DNA of 62,967 bases, counting the filler, from Choristocarpus tenellus KU-1152 (taxonomy: Eukaryota; Protista; Phaeophyceae), in the NCBI GenBank assembly GCA_964200185.2. It is 12 parts of 12 records of this genome, joined end to end, with 100 filler letters (N's around TTAATTAATTAA, not from the genome) between each part and the next. Parts side by side here need not be neighbours in the genome. Positions count along the whole stretch, not along the records: positions 25,524 to 29,073 come from CAXNAD020019316.1; positions 29,174 to 33,262 come from CAXNAD020016287.1; positions 33,363 to 43,049 come from CAXNAD020003471.1; 9 more parts are not named here. One strand, given 5' to 3'. Under the pieces are notes generated by a model. It had not been told where the DNA came from. It did not search any database and saw nothing but the letters and a program-made list of their open reading frames with translations. Positions 26,200 to 37,433 of the stretch are shown in pieces. Within the stretch, counting starts at the first letter, position 1. Each line of letters begins with the position of its first letter. Position numbers and translations under genes: made by a program.

Positions 26200-28198
26200 C
26201 TCTTGGGTAGGGCTTTGTCCCCTTCCCCTCCCAGCTCCACCTTCCCCCAACACCATTTCCTCTCCTAAGTTCAACCCTGCTCGTGAAAGGGCAAGGAGCA
26301 GAAAGCCCCACCCAAGCCTCAGTCTCTCAGTGGTGGATAGAGCCGACCACGCCCTCTTCAGGGTTATCTCCACTGGTCTGTCCCCAAGAACTACCTGGGC
26401 ATTCACCTGTCCCCATCCCCATCCAGGAAAAACACAAGGTGAAAAAAGAATATTAACAAAAATTATGTTATTATAATAGAAAAAAAAGTGCTATGTTTAA
26501 CCGCAGCAAGCACTACCAGTGCTAGCACAAAATAATGAAAAACAAAAAAAAGTAGAGAGACCATGAGGGTGGGACACCATTTAAGAATATGCACAGCTAA
26601 TATAGCGCCTCATCTATTCCTTGCCTCCTCTGCAGCCTCTCTTGCAGACCTGAAGTCGCAGTACATTGTTGCCTGGTGCTGCTGCTGGTCCTGTTCTGGG
26701 TTTCCACCCATTGAGGCGCTAGTGGCCCAGGCCAGAGCAGCACGAAGAATGGCTGTAGACTGGCCCCCAAGTCGCACTGATCTTCCGTGTGGTACATATT
26801 GGCCAGCCCATGAGAAGGGGATGGAGGGGGAGACTAAGGCTACAGGGTATGTTACGAGGTAATGAAGGGGTTTGAGGTGTGTGTGATTGTGAGGCATTTC
26901 CATTCTGCTTTGACTTAACATGTTATCAAAGCACTATGAGGAAAATAGAAAAAATTAGTGCATCTCACTTAGACAAGCTCAAGGAAGAGGATTGGAGTAT
27001 CAACAACAGCAGAAGGGCTAACCACGCCAACCTGACCAGCAGCTGCTCACCTCGCCACAGCCCCAGCAAAGCTCTCACCACCCAGGCCCAGTGGGCGTAC
27101 GGTTGCCTCCTCCTCAGGCGGAGGAAACATCAGCCCTGATCTTGATTTGCACAGCTAACATGATAAGACGTGACAAAACGGAAAATGCCAGGAACGGTGC
27201 GAACGCATGGCAGATCGAGAGGGGCGAGGTAGAGTGAATGGGAAAAGGTGGGCAGTTGGTGCACACTACAAAAATTGTAGAAGGAAGTCATCGATATACA
27301 GTACGTGCATAATGTGGGAATGGGAGGAGGCAGCGAGGGTGCGCAGGTCAAGATCTTCGGGCTTCAACGAGGAATGAGCCCTACTTTCGTCACCTGCGAG
27401 ATAACTGACAATTATGGCTGCAGGGGAATAACTACAGGCAAGATAGTTTGAAATATTGTACTAGATGTAATCTGCCTCTTCGTCATTCCTCAATGGCCTC
27501 AAAATTGGTATTTCTCTCTCACCTCCACTACGACGCTTTGTGGTTGGACCGCCTTGATCACCCTGCGCACATCGTCAGCGCTTGATTCTGAAACGTGACT
27601 CGTCCCCATCACAAAGACCTCTAATGGTTCCGTATAACCGTCCGTTCTCCTCTCCTGGTACTCCGAGGGACGGCGGGCAATTCTCAGAGTCCCTATTCGA
27701 TGCACAGGGATGGTAATTGATGCGAGCAGAGGTCGAACAACGCATCTGTATGTGCAGTGTTCAATCCCAATCAAGAACTGGAGGAGTGCACTGGCAATAT
27801 TTACTTCAAATAATCGTATTACTGGTGCGTGCCTTGTTCCTAATCCCTCTACTAGCCCAGTGACGGCGTCAATTGAGTTTGCCTCTGGAGATGACTAAGC
27901 ATCGCAGATGGCTGTCCTTGTGGAAACATCAGTTTGTCTCACCCTTATCAATCAGATCCAGCAGCGAAGGCATGTCAACCTCGTATCCGTCATCCTCCAG
28001 AGCTGGAGGAGGCGAGAATCCCACTTTCTGCTCCGAGTGCACTGGAGTATTGGAACAACCTACTGGTGTGGTCATCCTGTTGATGCATTGTCTAAGGTCT
28101 CCTCCTCTCAGAGATACGAAAGCCTTAGCAAAAAGGACTCGGATCGAGAGAATTAAGAGAACTAGCTTCCAATTTTCTGCAGATGGACGATTGGCCAT
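26200..28198 (-). CDS. TraB/PrgY-domain protein, plastid-type, 3'-partial. Exons: 28198-27943, 27692-27523, 27154-27051, 26781-26625, 26406-26200
   Basis: VFVMGTSHVSESSADDVRRVIKAVQPQSVVVELCKSR, DFRSAREAAEE, VVLGDRPVEITLKRAW; phase-consistent splicing; N-terminal hydrophobic stretch ending AKA-FV. Confidence 0.88.
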
Positions 28199-28423
28199 AC
28201 TCTTGGTCAGGGAGTGCTTGCCCAAGTGTCCGCTTTTCTGATGCATCTTCCTCACATCATCATCAACATCACAACACATTTTCAAATATTGGTAAATCCA
28301 CTACATAGGGTTAGGGATTTTGCTTTTCTTAACCTCTCATCAAGAATGGACATACCAAATCCTCCTCTAGTAAGAGAGTCCCACTGTTTACACCAGCAAG
28401 TGCAAACAAGGTGAACGGTCAGG

Positions 28424-28609
28424 ATGGCTAGAATGTTCTTCATCGTGGCAATGGTCTTGATGGTGTCTCAAGTCCTATGCTTGTCGGAGGTCGGAAAGAC
28501 AGAACATGAAGATGCAGTCCAGAGGTTGAACCTTGAATGGGAGGCAAGCAGTTTGGATTCATGTTTCCTTGACTGGAGTGGGGAGTGGGTGACTTATTGC
28601 TCTGCATAG
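28424..28609 (+). CDS. Possible first exon of a secreted protein, head-to-head with the TraB gene
   Basis: MARMFFIVAMVLMVSQVLC reads as a signal peptide; no recognisable domain. Confidence 0.3.
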   Translation: MARMFFIVAMVLMVSQVLCLSEVGKTEHEDAVQRLNLEWEASSLDSCFLDWSGEWVTYCSA

Positions 28610-29240
28610 TACCTTGGAAGTGACTTATAGTGCCTTGTGCGCTGGTTATTTGGGATCCCCCCGCTATTGATGACCTCCCTTGATGATAGTGAATGGACGT
28701 TTCGCGATAGACTTGTTATGATGGAATTCACAAGCTAAACTCGAACCACAGTCACAGATCGGTGCGATTGATGAATTTATTTGTAGAGTGATAAGGTTCT
28801 TATTGCTCCAATTAGTCGGTTCCAGTAGCAGAGGGTCGATATGCCTGCCACTTGCATATCAACAAGTGTATGTATAGGGTTGTATTTCGAAGTTTCTTGT
28901 ATCTGCAGTCTGAGACAAACTACCTTGTAAACCCTCGCCCTAGATGAAGCAACACCCGAAATTACTGTCCGCTCACTATCCTCGGATATGGAAAGGGTCT
29001 TCCTTCTTTTCTGCCCTATCACCGAGAGACCAGTGTTGTGAAGGTGTGGGGTCTGGGGTCGAAACCGTGTTGTNNNNNNNNNNNNNNNNNNNNNNNNNNN
29101 NNNNNNNNNNNNNNNNNTTAATTAATTAANNNNNNNNNNNNNNNNNNNNNNNNNNNNNNNNNNNNNNNNNNNNATAAAAAGCATATTCTTAACAGTCCAG
29201 GAGGTAGGACACTGAGTAAATGTACACCCCTGAACCATCT

Positions 29241-29419
29241 GACCCAAAGTATCTGGGGGGGGAGGGAGGGTCTACACCTGGGTGTCCATTTGACCATAAC
29301 CAGGAAAGGTGCACTTACGTTATCCATTCAACGTATGCAACCAAATCACACAAAAATCGCGACATGAAAAAATTGACTCCAAATGGACAGCTGCCGCCCC
29401 CCACCAGACACTTTGAGTC
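29241..29419 (+). mobile_element. MITE F1, complete (179 bp)
   Basis: TIRs gacccaaagtatctgg / ccagacactttgagtc; flanking direct repeat ATCT. Confidence 0.92.
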
Positions 29420-30900
29420 ATCTACGTGAACATCGCTGACCTTCCCCTGTACGATGACCCCCCCACTCGCGCGTAGGATGAAGCTGGTTCCTCGACCGAA
29501 CCTGGCGTCGGATGTGTCCCCAAGTCTGAGTTGCCTAGAGAAGCGAGTAGGTATCCCACCGACGGGTTGACGGTTGGATTCCGAGGTGAATTGACCAGGT
29601 AGGATCGTGAATGTGTTATCCAGGTGCTTGTGGTCGTCGATGTCTGCGAAGTCTGGGATGATGATAGCCTGAAGGGGCACGACGCGGGGACTCGGTTGTG
29701 CGTCCTGCATCACCACAAAGAGAAAACGTATCTTAGAGGGTACGAGGTTTTCCCTTTTTGTCCATTTGGGGCTTGGATCCCATGGTTTTTGTAATGACAT
29801 TTTCCTACTCCAAAATGTTTAGGAGTAAATAAAATGTGTAAGTTATGAAAAGGTGTGTCTGAAACATAGTTATTGAGACCTAACAAACACAACAGCCAAA
29901 AATACATCAAAATCGCAATATTGAATTTTGACCCCCAAATGGACGAAGCTCTACCCTCTAAGATACTTTGACTCAAATATGTTCGTTGCAGGGGCTGTGT
30001 TGGTGTGTAGGACTATTGGCATGTGTTTGCACGTGATGGCCTTGTTTGGTTGTATAGGGGTGTTGTTTGTTGATCTTTTTGAGAAACGGATAGTTTTATA
30101 TATGATAGAGGATACACTTAGACAGCGAAATGAATGAATGGGATGCGCTTATTTGCCCTGCGTAACTTGTAAAATATTATGTGAAAGGTGTCAGTGGCGG
30201 TTGCAGATTAGGAGAACAAAATGACACTGGTTTGGACGTCAGGATTGGACGTTATGGGAGAAATTTATTTGGGTTAGAGGGGATGTAAGGGAATATGTGA
30301 CATCTGTATATGGACAGCGTGGATTCATTCGTCTGGGGCATTGTTCTCTTAGAAGCAATAAGAAGCGTTTCTCACCTTGTCCGTCCGTGACATGTGAATA
30401 GTTGGCACTCCATCAACAAAGCTAGCACTCAGCACCTCGAAGTCCTCAGTGACAAAGACGTTTAGTGACGGACAGAAGGGATTGAAACGTCGATGTCACC
30501 CTGTCATCGCCTATTTCAACATCAGGAGTGATGCTGACGAGGATGGATTTGTATACCTAGCGGGTGTGATCGGTGCTAAGATCATTTTTTATACAGTCTA
30601 GGAATGTCTTGATCTGAAGATCAGGTGTGGATTCGCGTTGTTCCTAAGCCAGCACAACTCGCAACACGCTCTCCAATGGTGCAAATCTGCTTTTCTCGTC
30701 CAATAACCAAGAGGCAAGGTCGTTCCAAGTGCGGCCGCTTCCTTTTCCATATCTTCTGGACCATCGTGGTTGACAAACATGGAGAGGAAGAGGTCCATGA
30801 TCTGGTCCGTTTTGGATTTCTTCCACGAACAAGCGGCACTGGTCTTGGGCAGTCTCTTTAGTACCCGTTTCCTGAGTGGGAATTCAAACAATGTTACAAT
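29420..30900 (-). mobile_element. Sola2-like transposase copy 2: internally deleted, intron-containing derivative
   Basis: Homology to copy 1: DEKSRFAPL/DEKQKFAPL, QIKTFLDCIKNDL/QVKTFVNAIKNDL, FVTEDF..VDGVPTI/FVIEDF..VDGVPTI, DAQPSPRVV/DPPQHPRAV; shared intron position. Confidence 0.85.
29720..29974 (-). mobile_element. MITE F2, reverse orientation, in an intron of transposase copy 2
   Basis: TIRs present; flanking direct repeat AAA. Confidence 0.9.
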
Positions 30901-31496
30901 ATGAGTTGGTGGGTTTGTTTCCCTTTGACAATTAGTGATCAATCTTAATGATGCGAACATAGATAATACCGCCACTTTGTTCGGGCGAAGGGGCTTGCAC
31001 AATTTTTGGTCTAAAAGTGTTCCATGGAGTACAGCCGTGTTGGATGACACCCCACGTTGAAAGCGTAGAGTAGGGTGTGTTGGATACATCAAGAACCGAA
31101 ACCGCCCCGATTAGAATATCCTGAAAAGGTGTGCATCGCCTATGCGGTCACTTGTGAGCCAGATCAAAAAGGATATGAATACATACCATGAAGTATGTAG
31201 GGCGAAGTGAATTGAGGTAGTTTATCTGATTTTGTTAGGAAACAGTTGACAAATGCTTGGTGGGTGTCACCCCAGATAATATTGGCGTGTACGTATGTAC
31301 TACAATTGATATGTTCTGTCAAACGATAAACTATTGTGTAGGATGGGTCTTGTGGTGGAAGGGATACTGAACGTTTCGTGTGGTATCGGTCAATACATAT
31401 CCCCAGATGCACATACCATTATATGTGCCTCTTTCCCTACGGGGGATATGAGGTTACGATTGAGTTTTGTGGAAAGTCGAGGACGGTGGATTGGAG

Positions 31497-31770
31497 GCGT
31501 GTGGCTTCAAAGAAGTTGGTATGTGGACAGCCGCAACTTTTGCCATACTTTGTCGTACAAGTGAAGTAAGGCAAAATGAGATACATGAGGCGTGCGGCTT
31601 GAAAAACGTTGGTGGTATGTGGACAACCGCAACTTTCGCCACACTTTGTCATAGGACAAAGTACGGCAAGAATGACATGATACGTGTGGCTTCAAATAAG
31701 TTGGTATGTGGACTGCCGCAATTTTTGCCATACTTTACCGTATGACAAAGTATGGCAAAAATGACATTAG
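31497..31770 (+). repeat. Three tandem ~92-bp units, each with an internal palindrome
   Basis: Units at 31497, 31590, 31682; unit 3 has a perfect 16-bp stem atttttgccatacttt / aaagtatggcaaaaat (31721-31762). Confidence 0.9.
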
Positions 31771-32228
31771 GCAAGCGGATGACGGAAGAGCGAAACATGA
31801 CTTGGCATAATTTCATAATTGTGTAAGGGTGAGGGGTGGTATGAGGGTTGGGGCACAGGGTTAGGGTTGGGACAGGTGCCAGGGTTGGGATCGGAAACAG
31901 AAACTGGAAGGAACATCGTTTACTTCTGATATATATATTGGAATGCGGATATCGGAGGACATGAACTTCCTCGTTAGGTTTCGTTCTGCTCTTGATGGGA
32001 GGACGTGTGCGTCACCGGTTCGGAGCTACTTGTGGAACTGGTGAACACCACGTCTCTCTAATTTCGATGCAAATGTGTGATTTCGGAAGGCTATGGTGAC
32101 CATATGCTTCACTATGCCTAATCTTCAAGCGCTAATCCCTCTTTCAGGAAATTACAGAATGCATCAGGACCACAAGGCTGTTTGAAGGGTTTCATCCGTC
32201 CAGCACCTTCTCTCACCCTCTTCTTCCT

Positions 32229-32864
32229 AATTATCGTCCTTTTCCCCTTTCCTTTACCCTTCTCGGAAGGCTTGTCCCTCGGTGTTGGGGTAGGATCATC
32301 GGCATGGACGTGGTTCTCACTTCGCCTCACAGTATGGTCATAGGTGTTCCCTGGCACTTGGGACTCGTCGCCGCCGCTGCCCACCGAATGGGCGTTTGGG
32401 AACATTCCGGGGTCACTCCCGACAGGCGTGGACTCTGAGTCCGTGCCTAGCCGCTCACCTACGACGTCCTCCTGTATAAGTTCCTCTGGACCTGACAAAG
32501 CATCACAATCGGGTCGGTCCCAATCGCTTTCAGAGTCTCTCTCAACCCCTTATTCTCAATTATCGTCCTTTTCCTCTTTCCGTTACCTTTCACGGAAGGC
32601 TTGTCCCTCAGTGTTGTTGTTGGATGGGCATTGGGCATGGTTCTCACTTCGCCTCACAGTATCGTCATAGGTGTTCCCTGGCACCTTGGACTCGTTGCCA
32701 CCGCTGCCCACCGAATGGGCCTTTGGAGACATACATGGGTCACTCCTGACAGGCGTGGACTCAGAGAGTCCCTACCTAGCCGCCCCCTCATATCCTCGTC
32801 TGCAAAGTTCCTCTGGACCTGACAAAGCATTACAAACGGGTCGGTCCCCATCATCTTCAGAGTC
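32229..32864 (-). repeat. Tandem duplication, period ~329 bp, in degenerate low-complexity coding sequence
   Basis: aattatcgtcctttt at 32229 and 32558; cagagtc at 32531 and 32858; both encode DSESTPVxSDP..AHSVGSGG..VPGNTYD on the minus strand. Confidence 0.9.
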
Positions 32865-33377
32865 GTGTTCCGAGAGTGTGGTTGTATGCCTTCCCCCTTG
32901 TAGAGTCCTACTTCCCGTACCTACTGTATAGGGCTAGGCGATGGGTTATCCTGTTCCTCTTAATCACCTGGTGGGTTGGGTCTTCCACAAGGTATAGGCG
33001 TGGATATGCCACCAGCTACCGGTGTCTTCAAAGTCTATTGGTCGAAGACGAACATACATATCAAGGAGAGCTCGAACTTACACGCATTCCAAATAATTCG
33101 TTTACGTCGTATGGTTCACACATGTGTCCATTCTACATCGGAACTTATTTTGACAAAAAAAAAAAGCACGACTGCTGTCATAAAATTCACCGCCCCCTTC
33201 CACCCCTTCAACCTCACTCTCCCTTTCAGTCACACATAGCCACACACAACCCACACACACACNNNNNNNNNNNNNNNNNNNNNNNNNNNNNNNNNNNNNN
33301 NNNNNNTTAATTAATTAANNNNNNNNNNNNNNNNNNNNNNNNNNNNNNNNNNNNNNNNNNNNGGGGCGGAAACAGGG

Positions 33378-36191
33378 GTGCCCACACCCCCGGGGGTGGA
33401 GGAGGGGGGGGGGGGGGGGGGGGGAGGGGGAGGGGGTGATGAGGCAGATGGTCTGTGCGACATGGAGGTAGAGGCTGTGTCTGGTGCAGGGCAAGAGGAT
33501 AAGGCGACTTCACCCGACGACTTGCATGTCTCGTCAGTGAGAGTGTGTTCGAGTGAGGTGGACCCGTTGACGCCGAGCTCGCTGCACCAATCGACATCTG
33601 GAAGTGATGTGAATCTGTCCTTTACATTGCTAAGCAGCAACGGTCGAGATAATGAGGATGATTGCGAGGAGAGTGTGGAGGAAGAGGCGTTACTTGGGAG
33701 AGTTCTGTTTAACGATGGTGGGTTGGAGATTTCACCCGGGCTTCCTGCTATGCCGCCATCGAATTGGAAGAATGAAGGTACTGAAGACCTTGGACACCAT
33801 AGGCAAGAAGTGGATGTTGCAGAGGAGGCAGTATTGGGGCAAGGTGGAGGAGCGCACACTGGCTTCCGTGACTCTGTTCGAGATTGCCTATCTCCCGGAA
33901 TAATGAAACACGGGGACGGGGCAGGGCGGGTCAGATCGCGTAGCCCGGGTTCTGAGCAGCGGCATGTACACTTCGCCCCTGGTGACAAGCTAGTAGAGGT
34001 TGCTGGGGATGGCAACAGGATGATTGCTGCCCTTGCCTCTCCTTGCCGTGCAGGAGCATGGTGCCTCACCAAGGGTCAGAAGGGGTTGGCTAGAGCTTCG
34101 TCCTTACCAAGCTGTTGGCAAGATTCTGAGGATTTTGGAGGGAAGGAAGAGATCGAACAAGTGATGGTAGCAAAGGTCAAGAATTTCTCCTCCGGAAGGG
34201 ATCCTAGAATGTTGAGTAGCGGTTCTGCTGGTCGTAAGGTCGAGGTTGAACCTCAGGGACTGGAGGACAAGGGCAGCACCCCGCAGTGCTCCTTTGTAAC
34301 TGTTGGTGTAACTGCCAGTCTGACTGTATTGACATTGTTGAGTGCCCTTCTGCTGCTGGGTGGCAGTGTGTTTGAGAATCTGGATGGCGTTTTATTTCCT
34401 GCATGGCGGGTCCACCCAGATCTGTTATCATTTCTTACAGACAGAACGCAGGGAAGGGTCAGACCTGTGGTTCGTCAGATGTTGGAAGGCGGTGAAAATG
34501 TGTTGGAAGGCGATGATGGCATGGGGGGGAGTCAGAGACATGATGAAGGGGGTGCTGAATTGGATACCTTCATTGCTTCTGGCCCGAAGGATGGTGGGGA
34601 GGTCTCATTGGTTGATTGGGGTATTGGTATTGGAGGCACAGCCTGGCGAAGGAAGAAATTTTCAGAGGAAGAGGTGGTGACAAACCTGAGATCAGGTCTT
34701 GAATTTGAGGAGCGCCTGGCAACAAATAGGGAGGAGGACCAGACCTTGCAGATTGACGGTCAGGAAATGGGTGATGTTTGGGTGGGGTTAAGGTTTGACA
34801 GAGGTGTTGCCGCTCCTATTAACCCGTTGATGGATGTTGCTCCACCTGTCAATGATTTTCCCTCTATGAATGGGGATGGAGAGGGGGTTAAGCTGGATGT
34901 ATTGCTGGAAGGGGAGGAACAGGATAATATTGTGAGTGGAGACTTTGGAAGTCGTGAGTCAAGGGTTCTAGCCGAGGCAGTCCTTGATGAAGTGATGCCG
35001 ATTTCGTTTATTTCTGAGGATGAGCCATGTGGGGAGACATTTGAGGAAGTGGTCCGTGAGAGTAGTTACACGCTTGGCATGCTTGAGGATACAAAGGTTG
35101 GGGTAGAGGCATTAGCAGCTGCAGATATTTCTCCAATTTCGATGGCGTTGTTGGAGAGGAGACAGTTGGATGGAGATGGCACTGAAGAGAGAGGTGAAGC
35201 CTCAGAGAAGGTAATGGCCCCTGTGGTTGCTGCTGATGGCGGTAGTGATGATGCCAAGGAGCAGAGTAGCGATCTTGCTGCAAGGTACGCTGAAGAAGTG
35301 GCCAGGTCTTTTGAACATGAGGAAGGCGTGGACGAAGGGGTAATCAACGAAGTATCTGTGGTGGGGGGGGGGAATGGGCGTGGGGTTGAGGAGTTCGCTG
35401 TAACTGCAGAGGCTGGGGTGAAGTCCGGGAATGAAGAGGCACTGGAGACCAAGGAGGAGACACTACTGGTTCATCTTCAGGACCAAACAGGTGAACTTGA
35501 GGTGTTGGGTGAAGTGGAAAGTGCCGCAGAAGGAGTCGTAGAGCATGCTGTGTCTACAGATACAAGTGGAGGGGCTATCACTCCTGCCAACACTGGCTCG
35601 ACTGTAACTCATGTGGAAAAACGGCAGCAAGGTGATAGTACTCCTCATGTGATCAGGGTGGCTGTGCCATCTGTACCTGTAGGCTTTGCCCCAGTGTCAC
35701 AGTTTCTAGCTTGGGGGTGGGCTGAGGTGATGGTGGCAATGGCAGGAGCTATGGGCCTCCTGTGGTGGGTGGTCTTCACTGCCCAGAGGGATGTTGACAG
35801 AAAGGGTGATAAGGGTAACAAATGTGGAAGGATGCATGAAAAGGTTGTGACAGAAATGTTGGGGGAGGTAGGTGGGAATACCAGTTATGGAGGGGGCGGT
35901 GAGAGTGGAAAGGATACCTCAAAAACGTTGAAGGACCTCAGGGCCTCTGCCACCCCAACTTGTAGGGTGAGCGGTACGTCACCCGGGGGCTGGAGCAGAC
36001 GGGCTAGTATGAGCAGTGTAGGGGAAGTGAGAGATGGAATCAGAGTCGGAACGATTGATGGGAGTGGGGGTGGGGAGGTGGACATCGACAACCTGCTTGG
36101 TACATACAAAACGGTGGAGATGGTGAAGAGGGGAAACACGCCTGCGAAGTTACAATCGGTGAAGCGCTCAAGGCGTATCAGCTCTTCATAT
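33378..36191 (+). CDS. Very large exon (938 codons) of an unknown acidic protein with two predicted TM helices
   Basis: Open for 2.8 kb; hydrophobic stretches near 34290-34375 and 35700-35780; donor GTGAGT at 36192; 5' end at contig edge. Confidence 0.75.
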
Positions 36192-37316
36192 GTGAGTTCT
36201 AGTCTTGAGTTTTTATTTTATTTTATTTGCTTTTCGTGGATGAAATGATGAAATGGATGAAAGGAGGAGGGGGTACATTTCATGCTTTGGGGGAGGGGAG
36301 GGGGGGTGTCTGGGAGGGGAAGGGGAATTAGATTTAGCCTTTTCTATTGGATTGATGTGGAACAATGATAATTTGTTGTGAGAGCCATCTGTCGTGCCCT
36401 GTGGTGGGGTTGCATTGACAATACCCGAGTGAGAAAGATGGATTTGAAATATACAGATTATCCTTGGTTTCAGTTCATTTTTTTCCTGGATCAATATCAA
36501 GGTATTTTGTCTTTCAGGGCGGATGATATCTCAACTCAATGAGGAGATCCGATTATTGGTAACCAAACAGGACCTGATGCTGAGTACATAGGTGAGGGAG
36601 GATCGGTTATATGAGAAACACTACTTACTTCAAGTGTATTGAAGAAGGAAATGTCTGTGGTTGGCATAGAGTTGTAGAGGTTTGTGAACCTGTATGGATC
36701 AAACTGTTCTTGTTGATGCAAGGAGATCAACCTCAAGCCAGGTGCATTTTTTTTTTACATACCAGTGAGTGTCGTCCTCCGTGTTGTCTTACCCGAATAT
36801 ATATATATATATAGGGTTAGGGTTCGGGTATATATATATATATATATATATATATGAGGAGGGTTGAGATCACTTCACAGTATGGTTATTCTTGCCTTTT
36901 TTTTTTTTGAGTGAACTCTTGTTTCCATTCGAGGAAAACAAAAAAATAATGAGGAAAAAGACGTGCCACCGTTATCTGTAGGAATTACTGAGCTTTAATT
37001 GTATCATATTTGCCACGTGGGAAATCTTCCCTTTTACAGTCCGGAAAAGTGGGAGTATGCTCTCTACCTACCGCCTGATTTTTATACAGGCGCCCTTTTT
37101 CATCCTACTGTGAACTCCTTCGTGTTCTAAGATGTTTGATTTTTTTAATTTGGTGTAACCGAAGAGTGACCTTCTGGAATTGTACATACGTAAGTAAGCC
37201 ATAGAATCCGTTCCCCGAATGTTCCAGAATTTGGTCCAATATCTACGGCTGGACTAATAGTGGGTCTATCAATGCGGGAACGAGAATCATGAATGGAAAG
37301 TTGTCTAGAGAGTTCG

Positions 37317-37433
37317 CTAACCCTAACCCCTAACCCTTCAACCAATACTGCTGATAACTGTTGTTGTTGGGTACTTCTTCAAAGAAAAACTAACCCTAAC
37401 CCTAACCCTAACCCTAACCCTAACCCTGACCCT
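37317..37433 (+). repeat. Interstitial telomeric repeat (CCCTAA)n
   Basis: About six near-perfect taaccc units at 37391-37433, a short run at 37317; opposite-strand tagggttagggtt at ~36812. Confidence 0.85.

Noticed and set aside
27693-27884. Longer TraB exon 2 from an acceptor at 27885
   Set aside because: In frame, but would insert ~64 aa into the LIDKGTL segment and need a 58-nt intron; the acceptor at 27693 fits better.
31497-31770. CRISPR-like array
   Set aside because: Whole units are similar, with no unique spacers, no cas genes and a eukaryotic context.
33311-34072. 253-aa minus-strand ORF, and antisense ORFs at 54729-57413
   Set aside because: Shadows of long coding exons on the opposite strand.
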